From Perkinsela sp. CCAP 1560/9 (taxonomy: Eukaryota; Protista; Euglenozoa: Kinetoplastea): 64,000 nt of DNA. Position numbers and translations under genes: made by a program. The DNA lies in assembly GCA_965644495.1 (NCBI GenBank), contig CBFFSA010000006.1:806001-870000 (forward strand). Direction: 5' to 3'. Positions 30,409 to 39,494 of the stretch are shown here, one piece after another. The notes below the pieces were generated by a model, which worked only from the letters and a program-made list of their open reading frames with translations, searched no databases and was not told where the DNA came from. How positions within the stretch are numbered: position 1 is the stretch's first letter; every line of letters begins with the position of its first letter.

Positions 30409-32538
30409 ATGGGAACCAAAGGCAAAAGAAAGCGTCTTCGACTGCGAATAGAGAATAGTACTCGAAAAACACTTTCGGGCATGGATGATGACTTGTATCA
30501 CAGCGATGAAATGCTTACTTCTTCAAAATCAATGAAGAGGAGTGAAAGAAATGCCATACTAGATGATAGCGCTATGCAAAGGTACTGCACTCCTCGCGGA
30601 GGTACGGCCAAGTCATTCGACACTGATGATCTTTCATCTGACGAATTATCAGAAAATAATTTTTCTAAAAATCGTAAACGCCAAAAGAAATTTACGGAGG
30701 CCAGTAGACTACGAGTGGAACTTCAAATGGAAAGTTCAATAAGTGAGAGTCTTGTGGATCATGTCGATAAAGCTACCTCACAGGAAACTATGAAAGATGG
30801 AAATAGCACATGTTCTAAATCGCCAGTTGACCATGTGGTTCCCGAGCATTCGTTTGTAAAAGAGTGGCAGGATTTTGGTATTCGGTCCTCTTTTCTTTTG
30901 CAAAATATTTCTTTGATGCATTCTGCTCCTAGTCCTATTCAAAAGTTATGCATGCCTCTTATTATCAACGGTTATCATGTTCTGGGACATGCTCCTACAG
31001 GCTCAGGAAAAACGATTGCATATTTATTGCCTGTCATCGATAACCTGTATGCAAACAATTATCAATCTGTGGTTCTGTCGCCGACAAAAGAACTGGCTAA
31101 TCAGATTTCTGGAGTAGGCATCTCTCTTATTACACCAGTGCCTGACAAAGATGATACGAATGTTGGTACACTATCTGACAAAGCGCACAAATCCACTTCT
31201 AAATTACATGATCCCTATCCTTTGCGTATTGTTACACTAACAGGTGGCACCAATGTACGCTCGGAAGCCGAACGTCTCCCAAGTTCTCATCTTATTGTCG
31301 CTACTCCAGGTCGACTTCAGCACCATTTAGTCGAATCTGAATACAACTTGTGGAGCCTTCAAAGCATTCGAACGTTGGTTTTCGACGAAGCTGACTGCAT
31401 GCTTCAACCAAGTAACAGATTAATAATGCACTCAATAATGAGCCGCATACGAATGCATTGCACTCAGTATATGTTTTTCAGCGCTACTAACACGCGAACT
31501 ATAGATTTCGTTCGTCACATTCTACCCGAGGCTATGCAACCCGACTTTTATCCCCCTTTACTTGTGGCTACCACATTATCCGGTTGCGTCAGACTTCTTA
31601 CAGATGGTTCTATGTTTACTTCTACAAAAACAAAGGACGAAGCTGAAAAATTATCGAGAATTGATTTTCTTAAAGGAACTAAGGAAAAGGAAATGGCAAA
31701 AGAAGGTTTGATTCCAAGGCGATTGCAGCAAACGTATATTGTCGTACCCCGAGATGAACGTCTGATTGCCCTTTTCGTTTTCTTAAAGCGAACATTAGAC
31801 GAAGACAAAGGGAAGATTATTATTTTCTTTAGCACATGCGCTAGCGCTGTATTTCATTGCATGTTAATGGGCTCTTCAGGTTTTCATGACCAATGTCTTA
31901 TGTTACACGGAGATATGAAGCACCGTCAGCGCTTGTCAACCTACGAAATTTTCGTTCAATCGCCAGGGGAGATGGCTCTATTTACAACTGATGTTTCTGC
32001 ACGAGGTCTTGATTTTCCAAAAGTCTCATGGGTATTGCAATATGACCCCCCGGTGAATCCTGTGGCGTATGTCCATCGTATCGGTAGGACCGCAAGAGCC
32101 TGTCAATCTGGTCTTGCCACATTGTTTATTGATCCTCTTGAACTTCGATTTATTTCGTACCTCAGGTCTCAAGGTATGAGCATATCTGAGCACAGATCCA
32201 CGGACTTCGATTGGTCGTCGTCTACTGAGTACATGCGCAGTGCATTGGAACAAGTTATGGAAGAGGATCCGATTGTACATCGAGCGGGTCGAAAAGCTTA
32301 TCTAGCATTTCTCAATGCGTACCAGTCTCACACACTTTCTGACATTTTTTTGGTGGAAGATTTAGATTTGCTAGATGTCTCGAGAAGTTTTTCTCTCTCT
32401 AATGCTCCTCCAGTCACTCTTCGGAAGCGAAACACTTCAAAGCAAGATGATACCTCTTTAAGGTCCAACACTTATCAGAAAGGAAAGATGAAATCAATGA
32501 TGCGAAAATACGGTCGTCTTCATTTCTATACGAAGTAA
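30409..32538 (+). CDS. DEAD-box RNA helicase, Has1/DDX18-like
   Basis: APTGSGKT, SPTKELA, ATPGRL, DEAD, SAT, ARGLDFP, HRIGRTAR; C-terminal AY..F..AY.SH...IF.V..LDL extension. Confidence 0.85.
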   Translation: MGTKGKRKRLRLRIENSTRKTLSGMDDDLYHSDEMLTSSKSMKRSERNAILDDSAMQRYCTPRGGTAKSFDTDDLSSDELSENNFSKNRKRQKKFTEASRLRVELQMESSISESLVDHVDKATSQETMKDGNSTCSKSPVDHVVPEHSFVKEWQDFGIRSSFLLQNISLMHSAPSPIQKLCMPLIINGYHVLGHAPTGSGKTIAYLLPVIDNLYANNYQSVVLSPTKELANQISGVGISLITPVPDKDDTNVGTLSDKAHKSTSKLHDPYPLRIVTLTGGTNVRSEAERLPSSHLIVATPGRLQHHLVESEYNLWSLQSIRTLVFDEADCMLQPSNRLIMHSIMSRIRMHCTQYMFFSATNTRTIDFVRHILPEAMQPDFYPPLLVATTLSGCVRLLTDGSMFTSTKTKDEAEKLSRIDFLKGTKEKEMAKEGLIPRRLQQTYIVVPRDERLIALFVFLKRTLDEDKGKIIIFFSTCASAVFHCMLMGSSGFHDQCLMLHGDMKHRQRLSTYEIFVQSPGEMALFTTDVSARGLDFPKVSWVLQYDPPVNPVAYVHRIGRTARACQSGLATLFIDPLELRFISYLRSQGMSISEHRSTDFDWSSSTEYMRSALEQVMEEDPIVHRAGRKAYLAFLNAYQSHTLSDIFLVEDLDLLDVSRSFSLSNAPPVTLRKRNTSKQDDTSLRSNTYQKGKMKSMMRKYGRLHFYTK

Positions 32539-32596
32539 TTTCTGAACTTGAAATGGGCTCCCTTAAAAGCTTTTGGACATTAAATAATTCTTTGAA

Positions 32597-33019
32597 ATGT
32601 TTTATGTATTTTGCGTACACTTTTTCTGCAGAACAGTTTATTTATACACCTCATTTATGTATACTCCTCATTTCCTTTTATCTTTACTTTTAACTATGTA
32701 TAGTGCCGATATATCAAGTGAATCTGTCCACAACGGGGACAGACGGCGAACTCTTTCTTTCAGTGAACTTGTTTTACGTGGACTCGAGTCTGCACAAGAC
32801 AAAACCGTTTCTTCATCTACAGAATCAAAATCGCATAATTCCACAAATACCTCAAAACGCTTGAAGGTTAATCACGTCTACATGAAAGCGTCTCATTTTA
32901 GGAAAGCACACGACGATTTTCATGATATAGTTCCAATACGAAACATGTCTTGCGCACCCGATATAGATGCGCCGTCAAATATTTCTGCTTATGCTGTGCG
33001 CTACGGAAAAGGGTACTGA
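32597..33019 (+). CDS. Hypothetical protein (true start probably downstream, ~32696)
   Basis: Co-directional ORF in the gene array; no recognisable motif. Confidence 0.35.
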   Translation: MFYVFCVHFFCRTVYLYTSFMYTPHFLLSLLLTMYSADISSESVHNGDRRRTLSFSELVLRGLESAQDKTVSSSTESKSHNSTNTSKRLKVNHVYMKASHFRKAHDDFHDIVPIRNMSCAPDIDAPSNISAYAVRYGKGY

Positions 33020-33337
33020 AGGCACGCCATACTTACGTGTACACTTGATGTGTTTACGGTGCAAACCATTGGGTGTATTCTTCTCTAAAAGACTATTTAC
33101 CAAATTGGTGGAAGTTTTTAACAGCCTAGATACAGTATAATACACCTAGCTACGCAGACTCACCATTGATTTTCATTTCTTCATACAGTAGGTTCAACTC
33201 TACAGTAGGTAAGCTCGACGTGGAAGTGGATAGCAACCACCGTCCGGGTTATTGTACCTATGGATACCTATTGCAACTCACAGGTATAATAACCCGAACA
33301 AAATTGAAATTTAATATGCGAAAAAATATGATATTTC

Positions 33338-34617
33338 GGGTACAGACCACTTATATTACACCCACTTTCAAAATAATAATACAAATGCACTGAAATGTTT
33401 TCTTCTCCAGGGTAACAATACACCCTTTACCTCACTTCCTCCTTCCTCTTACTTTACATCAAAAAATATTGCAGCATGCTAAAGGTTAGTTCCTCTTTGG
33501 TTGCATCCGATGGAGTTTCAACACCAGACTTTTCGGTTTCCTCAAAGTCTTCGAGTTCCACTTCATTATTTACTGACTTCAAGGCGACGAAGAGAGCCCG
33601 CATACGTTGTTGCCATATTATTTTCTTAAAAAATAGAGTGTAGAGTGAAACTACCTTTTCAGCTTTTTCTGTGTCCATAGAAAGTCTTCCTTGCCTTCGT
33701 ATCACACGCTTGACCGACGAATGGCAAGATTCTGCGTTGTTGGTATGTACCCCATTTTCTGTGACGAATCGGTATTTACCACTTTTTCGGTGGTTCACAG
33801 TTCGGTGCTCTCGTACTTCGCTTAGTCCTCGGTAGCCGCGCCATCCGTCTGTATTTACGATGGTCCGATAGCTGTCTACCGTATACTTCCTTATCAGATT
33901 CTGTAGCGTGGAGGCATCGCGCTTTTCGACACGTTTCCCTATAGTTCTTCCACAGCTCCCTTCTCTCTCGATACCTGTGATGGTGGCCATGCATATTGTT
34001 TTTTTACGATTCGCGCTACCTCGATGATATTTTCTTGGGAAGAGAAACGTTTCTTCTGCTGCGCATTTATGAAATTTTGTTTCCTCGTTGCGCTTTGCCA
34101 CCGCCTTCGAAATCCAACCCAGTATCTCGCGCTTCCTTTTAAAAACTGTGTTTTGAGTTACGCAACTTTGGGAGGCTATGCTGTCCATTTCAACTCTCTG
34201 TCACAGCTTGACCCAAAAAGGAACTTCGACTGGGTTTTTTTTCTGTTTTGCTGAAAAAAAGGTAGCAATGTCGAGAGACGCTTTCGGCACTTATTATCTC
34301 CCTTCCGTCGCCAACAGATGCACAGTGAATAGTTTTTTGTGATGAGTTCCTAGTACAGAGCTCATTTTTCACAACTCTATGAGCTTTCAAAAATGAAATG
34401 AAGCACGCGGGTAGATCTGCATCGTTCTTCCACCGAATAATGCATCGAAGGTCTACGCAGATACACATTTTTGAAAATTTATCTGACAAATATTTCTAGG
34501 CAACTGGAGGGTGAGAAACTATACAAGAAAATGAAATGTAAGAATGTAATGAAATGTAAGAAAATAAACTGTGTACAAAATTTTGAAAAGAGGGTGCAAT
34601 ATAAGTGGGCATTGCCC
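33338..34617 (-). mobile_element. Merlin (IS1595-related) DNA transposon with 8-bp TSD GATATTTC
   Basis: Imperfect TIRs GGGTACAGACCACTTATATTACACCC and GGGCAATGCCCACTTATATTGCACCC (reverse complement). GATATTTC at 33330-33337 and 34618-34625. Confidence 0.9.
33454..34188 (-). pseudogene. Merlin/IS1595 DDE transposase, N-terminus disrupted
   Basis: EETFLFPRKYHRG (first catalytic D appears as E), GIER, VEKRDASTL, TDGWRGY, HRTVNH, GVHTNNAESCHSSVKR. Confidence 0.85.
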
Positions 34618-34633
34618 GATATTTCTTTTACTA

Positions 34634-35322
34634 CTCCCCCCTCCCTAAGAATTATAAATACGCCTTGAACTCGCACTTTTACTCCCTTATGACTTATAAT
34701 TCCTATGTCTTTCATAAGTTATAATTATAAATGCAACTTCGACCGATTCGATCGATATTTTTTTTGTTTTAGGAAAAGAATCCTGTCACTACTTAATGGA
34801 CCTCATGCGTACTGCCACTGCAAGCCAGTGACAACTTGTGCAAGACACAAAGGCCATTTTTCTAGTGGACTTTACTTCGGTTGTTGTTAGACCATCAAAA
34901 AGGTGGGTTGAGAAAAACGTTCTCTGGTTTCGCTTCATTTTCGAAATGAGTGAAAGTGACCGAGAGCACGCTCTGGATGAAACTCTTAAGTTCAATGAAC
35001 TCGTTTTTGAGCATGAATGCGTTCTACGTCAAACAATTATAGGCGCTCTAGAAACTCACTTTGGCAAAGTGATCGACAATATACGTTCCGAAGAATCACT
35101 AGAACGTACATGCCTCATGAGCTTGATAACCTTACTGACGTAGGATTAGAACGATTATCTATTTGAAGCGCTTATTTGTAAAATTGTGATGGCAAGTATC
35201 TAAGATAACAACTTTTACTCCCCTTCAGGTTCACCGGTTTCACATCCATAAGTAATTATAATTATAATTATAAATTCAAAAAAGTTATAATTTATACTTA
35301 TAATTACTTATGGAGGGGGGAG
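34634..35322. mobile_element. Mariner/Stowaway-like TIR element with TA TSD
   Basis: TA|CTCCCCCCTCCCTAAGAATTATAA ... TTATAATTACTTATGGAGGGGGGAG|TA; internal CATAAGT(A/T)ATTATAA-like repeats. Confidence 0.8.
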
Positions 35323-35407
35323 TAAATAGCGTACGCATGTTCTCCATGGTTAAAGCACCAACACTATCTCATACAATAATGTACGCTTTGCACTATCGAA
35401 CTTTGTA

Positions 35408-36322
35408 ATGCCTCGACTCTTTCATCCCACATTCACACTCCCTTTGTCTTCAAGGTTTTATGTTTGCCCTTTCCGCTTTCGTTCATCTCAAAATTCGTCC
35501 ATAAAAAGGGTTAAAAAGGTTTTGAAACGAGGTTATGCTGTGTTTCTGCATCCAGATTTAGCTTCAGATCACACTTCTTTCCTTCAAAGTTTTGGGCTTT
35601 CACCTTCCGACTTGACAACCGTTCAAATATGCGGAAAAGATAAGTCGCATTTTGATACAGAATCGTGCATAATATTTTGTGTCGAGAGATACATCAGAGC
35701 CCAACGAATGCGAAAGGTGTTCGAAGATCATAAAGTCGAAGAAAAAGATGGGAATTTCGCCTGTACCTCTAATAAAATTTTCACCCAAAAAGTTCCAGAA
35801 GTCAAAGCTCGCACGCTAACGGACATCATTATTGCAAGTACCGAAAATAGTCTTGGAATTATTTGTGACAAAATGTCGACAAAATTTACCGCGCATTCAT
35901 TAGCTTTAAAAGAATGCGAAGAGAACTCTTGGAATCCCTCGATTTTCTTTCCCATCAGTGATAATAAAAATCTGGAACGTTGGTTCGAAATACGTAGATA
36001 CGAAAATGGTATTGATGACGAGGATTCCGTAGCCTTTACTAGGTCGCGTATCTTAACCAAAATGGGGGATAACGTTGGTTCTTCCCGAACATTAAAGTCA
36101 TCTCAATCATCCTGCTCCACGGGTACACGCGAAAGTACGGATACAGCTTTTTCAGTGGATAGTCACGATTCGCGATCGTGCTGTTCTCCTCCATTGGTAG
36201 AAATACTACCGCTTCAGTTTTGGATTGTTAGTCCCTCATACGTTGTCCAATATCCTTACGTGGCATGGAATCAGAAAGAGCACCGCGAACTAATGAATTC
36301 TCCTTACTTTGTCCGACTATGA
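35408..36322 (+). CDS. Hypothetical protein, probable mitochondrial presequence
   Basis: 304-aa co-directional ORF; R/S-rich N-terminus and an HPD motif (YAVFLHPD). Confidence 0.6.
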   Translation: MPRLFHPTFTLPLSSRFYVCPFRFRSSQNSSIKRVKKVLKRGYAVFLHPDLASDHTSFLQSFGLSPSDLTTVQICGKDKSHFDTESCIIFCVERYIRAQRMRKVFEDHKVEEKDGNFACTSNKIFTQKVPEVKARTLTDIIIASTENSLGIICDKMSTKFTAHSLALKECEENSWNPSIFFPISDNKNLERWFEIRRYENGIDDEDSVAFTRSRILTKMGDNVGSSRTLKSSQSSCSTGTRESTDTAFSVDSHDSRSCCSPPLVEILPLQFWIVSPSYVVQYPYVAWNQKEHRELMNSPYFVRL

Positions 36323-36596
36323 CACTTTAAATTGGGAGACAGACGATATTTCTCCGTCTGCGCACCTGAAAAGGACGAGTTGAGCGCAGCTACACCTTTG
36401 TAACTTGTGGAACTTCGATACGAAAAGTTAGTTTATACCCGCCTTTTCGCAAGACTAGTTTCACATTTAGACTCACTAGTCGGATTAGTACCTAAATTGT
36501 GAAATCTAAAATCATAGTTGAATTCTTCATGTTTCTGATTACAGGACTTTATCTATCTTTTTATCATTTCTTCCCTCATGTTTGATCATAACATTG

Positions 36597-37161
36597 GAGT
36601 CTGTGCTATCATCGCGTGCCGTTTCGTGACAAAATTGAGCTTTACGAGGACAAGTCGAGGCCCTAGCTAGAATACCCTTTCTGGTCTGCAGGAGCGACAC
36701 GGAACGTCCGCAGAGCAGATCCTGTACCCGTAGTTGTTAAACATGCCAGTGCCGCCTCGAACAAGCGGAAATTGGCAGAGGCAATCGGCCCTCGCATCCT
36801 CAACCGTCTCCGAGGGGCCTGACGTGTCATCCTTCAAATTACAACTTCTCGAAGGAGGCGCAATCTTCTGGCGGAGCCAGCGGCTAACCCGGACAACCCT
36901 GTAGCTTTCACATTCACCCGATCATCAAGCCTTCTGGGTGACAACCTGGGTGGCGGATCAAGACGGTCGTGGGAGAGATTTTCTTCCATGAAATATAGCG
37001 AAAAATGACCCTTCCTGGACACACCCTATTATAGGCTATAGAGTCTGGGCCTCCGATTTCTGAATTTTTAAGATCAATTTTTGACCACTACGGCGACCTG
37101 AAAAAGCAGGATAATGTGGCTACGCGTGACGTTTCGTGACAGCCAAGAGTTGCACAGACTC
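36597..37161. mobile_element. Putative non-autonomous TIR element
   Basis: GAGTCTGTGC ... GCACAGACTC inverted ends; subterminal direct repeat CGCGTG(C/A)CGTTTCGTGACA at 36613 and 37123. No clear TSD. Confidence 0.5.
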
Positions 37162-37342
37162 AATTAAAAGTATACGCAAAAAAATTGCGCAATTTGGGTA
37201 TTTTTTGCTTGCTTCTATTTATTGATTTCAAAGTACTATTTTTTTTATAAAGGTAGAACTGTTTTTATGGTGCATCATCGTTCTGCATAGAAAGTACTAT
37301 ACATTATACATACCGTATGCTGATGCATTTTGAAGATCTATT

Positions 37343-38383
37343 ATGAATTCCGAAATCAATAACGCCTTGACTTACTCCGTTCCGAACGACATTCTAGATC
37401 TGGCCTCTCATTTGTACTCGATTGTTCAGCGTTCGAACAAACGTATGGGGAAAGGGTTTCGTATTCTTCACTCCCCCAAAACAGAACAAATATGTATCGC
37501 GCTCGCCGCTCGTAGAGTACAATCCAGTGATTACGGTCTCTCTAGCGCAATTTCAATGATACCATATTATGGTTACCTTGCACAGCAACAGGAAAAAGAG
37601 CATTTGCCCATAGGTTCGAGTACTATTGCTCAATTTCGACGCAGCAAAGGTGATGTACTCTCGCGGACGAAACGTGTAGAAAAATGTAGCCCACTTACTG
37701 AATTCATCGCTGGACTTATCGCGTCTGAAGCCGGCAATTATCCATGTGTAGTGCACGCATTAGTGCATATGGCGTCTCAAATTGGTTACTCTCCAGATGA
37801 TGCAATCGGGAAAGCTATTCAAATACCTCGAAACATCTCGAAGTCTTTGTTACAGACTAATAATACGGAGCATTCCTATTCTAAACTTCTTTTTTATGTG
37901 CTTGAAAGTACTTCCTTGGAAATCAAGCGTGCAGCCCCTAAGTTATGGCTAGATGCTTCTAGACTAACGGGCGATGTTGCGCGAACACGGGCATCAAAAA
38001 AATATACAACTTTTCCGCACAAAGAAATTTTGGAACCTTCTTCACAGTCTTCAACGGTAAGTCCGACGAAACATTTCGTCCCTGGTTTAAATCAATTTAC
38101 CGCTTCCACTTCAATTCCAAGTTTCCGAAAAGAAGATTTTCTCGATAAATACACAACTCTGGAGTACGGTGATGATTCTGTCGGTACTGGTGTAAAGTGT
38201 ACTCCTCAAAAATGTTCAAGCAGCAATTGGGAAAACAACAGTCCGTATAAAGATTTCAACGACTCTCCTTCGCCTGTGAGAAAACAAACTTTTGATACTG
38301 TTCCTCGTGCTCTATACAATGATATTGAATTGTCCTCTATTCCATGGTTTTCGAATACTTTCAAATCATTTTCAAAAGCATAA
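37343..38383 (+). CDS. Hypothetical protein
   Basis: 346-aa co-directional ORF. Confidence 0.65.
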   Translation: MNSEINNALTYSVPNDILDLASHLYSIVQRSNKRMGKGFRILHSPKTEQICIALAARRVQSSDYGLSSAISMIPYYGYLAQQQEKEHLPIGSSTIAQFRRSKGDVLSRTKRVEKCSPLTEFIAGLIASEAGNYPCVVHALVHMASQIGYSPDDAIGKAIQIPRNISKSLLQTNNTEHSYSKLLFYVLESTSLEIKRAAPKLWLDASRLTGDVARTRASKKYTTFPHKEILEPSSQSSTVSPTKHFVPGLNQFTASTSIPSFRKEDFLDKYTTLEYGDDSVGTGVKCTPQKCSSSNWENNSPYKDFNDSPSPVRKQTFDTVPRALYNDIELSSIPWFSNTFKSFSKA

Positions 38384-38513
38384 CGCGACATGTATTTAAC
38401 GAGGTGTGTTTTTAGTTTTGACTTAGGTTTTATGATGCATGTCATTTTGCTAATTTTTATAAAACTTTAGAGCTAATGTTTTAGATGCCTCTATAGAAAA
38501 TACATACTAGACT

Positions 38514-39236
38514 ATGGGATTAAATTATGAACTGCAATGTTCTGAGCTTGAGTCTCTTCTTTCGATTTTTCCTGAAGAAATTCTGATTCTTAGTGAAACT
38601 AAAGAAGTTGTCGCTGAGTGGGAATCTGATCTTACTGACAAGTTAAATATTGAGGATGCCCGAGCATTATTGAGCTTGAACACCTCGAATGGTGTTCTAC
38701 ACATCGTTCCGCCGATTTGTTTTACCATTTCTCTTGCTGTCCATCAAATAAGTTTTGAGTTCCCTTCTGAATATCCGGAGAACGATGTAGTTAAGATATC
38801 TGTTCTTTCATTGTCGAAAACGACAACAAAAAAAGAATTCGAGCTTCAAAGTCGTTTACAAAGTCTATCGAACGATATGCTAGGCTCACCTGCGGTGCTC
38901 ACGCTTTTGTCATGCTGTGATAATGTATCAGCCACGGAGGAGGAGGAGCCCTCTGAGAATTCCTTGGAAGAAAGTGAAATGTTGGATCATAAGGACGATC
39001 CTACTATTCGGGTAGGTACTCCTTGTACATCAGCATTATTTTCCGACTGGAAAGTAAAGTTTGACAAGGAGATGGGATCGTCGTCTGTAGAGGAAAATGG
39101 TATCAATAAAAGACTTACTGGTCGTGAGCTGTTTCAATCATCCTTGCGAAACACCGATTGGTCTTTATTTGACGGTGCAGAAGATTTTCCGGAATCCGAT
39201 TTTGAAAGCGATGAAATAGATGATACACAAGTATAA
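38514..39236 (+). CDS. RWDD1: RWD domain protein (RWDD1/Gir2)
   Basis: Q.SELESLLSIF, FPSEYP, GTPCT...F.DWKVKFDKEM, RLTGRELF. Confidence 0.85.
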   Translation: MGLNYELQCSELESLLSIFPEEILILSETKEVVAEWESDLTDKLNIEDARALLSLNTSNGVLHIVPPICFTISLAVHQISFEFPSEYPENDVVKISVLSLSKTTTKKEFELQSRLQSLSNDMLGSPAVLTLLSCCDNVSATEEEEPSENSLEESEMLDHKDDPTIRVGTPCTSALFSDWKVKFDKEMGSSSVEENGINKRLTGRELFQSSLRNTDWSLFDGAEDFPESDFESDEIDDTQV

Positions 39237-39494
39237 TTTTCATTCTTTTTTGCTGAACTTCGCGGATGTATTTGAATCACTGAGATATCGAATGAAATTT
39301 TACAATGAAATTTATAATCGAATTATAGTTTAGCATTTATGCAAGAACCTTTGTCCGACTATTACAATCTTACCATAAGAGAACTTTTACAGTCAATGTG
39401 TCTTGGAACTTCTTATTGCACAAAAGGCCTAAGCATTCTGCAAATTCTTGTTAAGGTAATTCTGTAATATTCGAGATTTTATTCGTCGCGAAAC

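Noticed and set aside
34838-35143. 101-aa ORF inside the mariner-like element as a transposase
   Set aside because: No DDD/E or HTH motif is recognisable.
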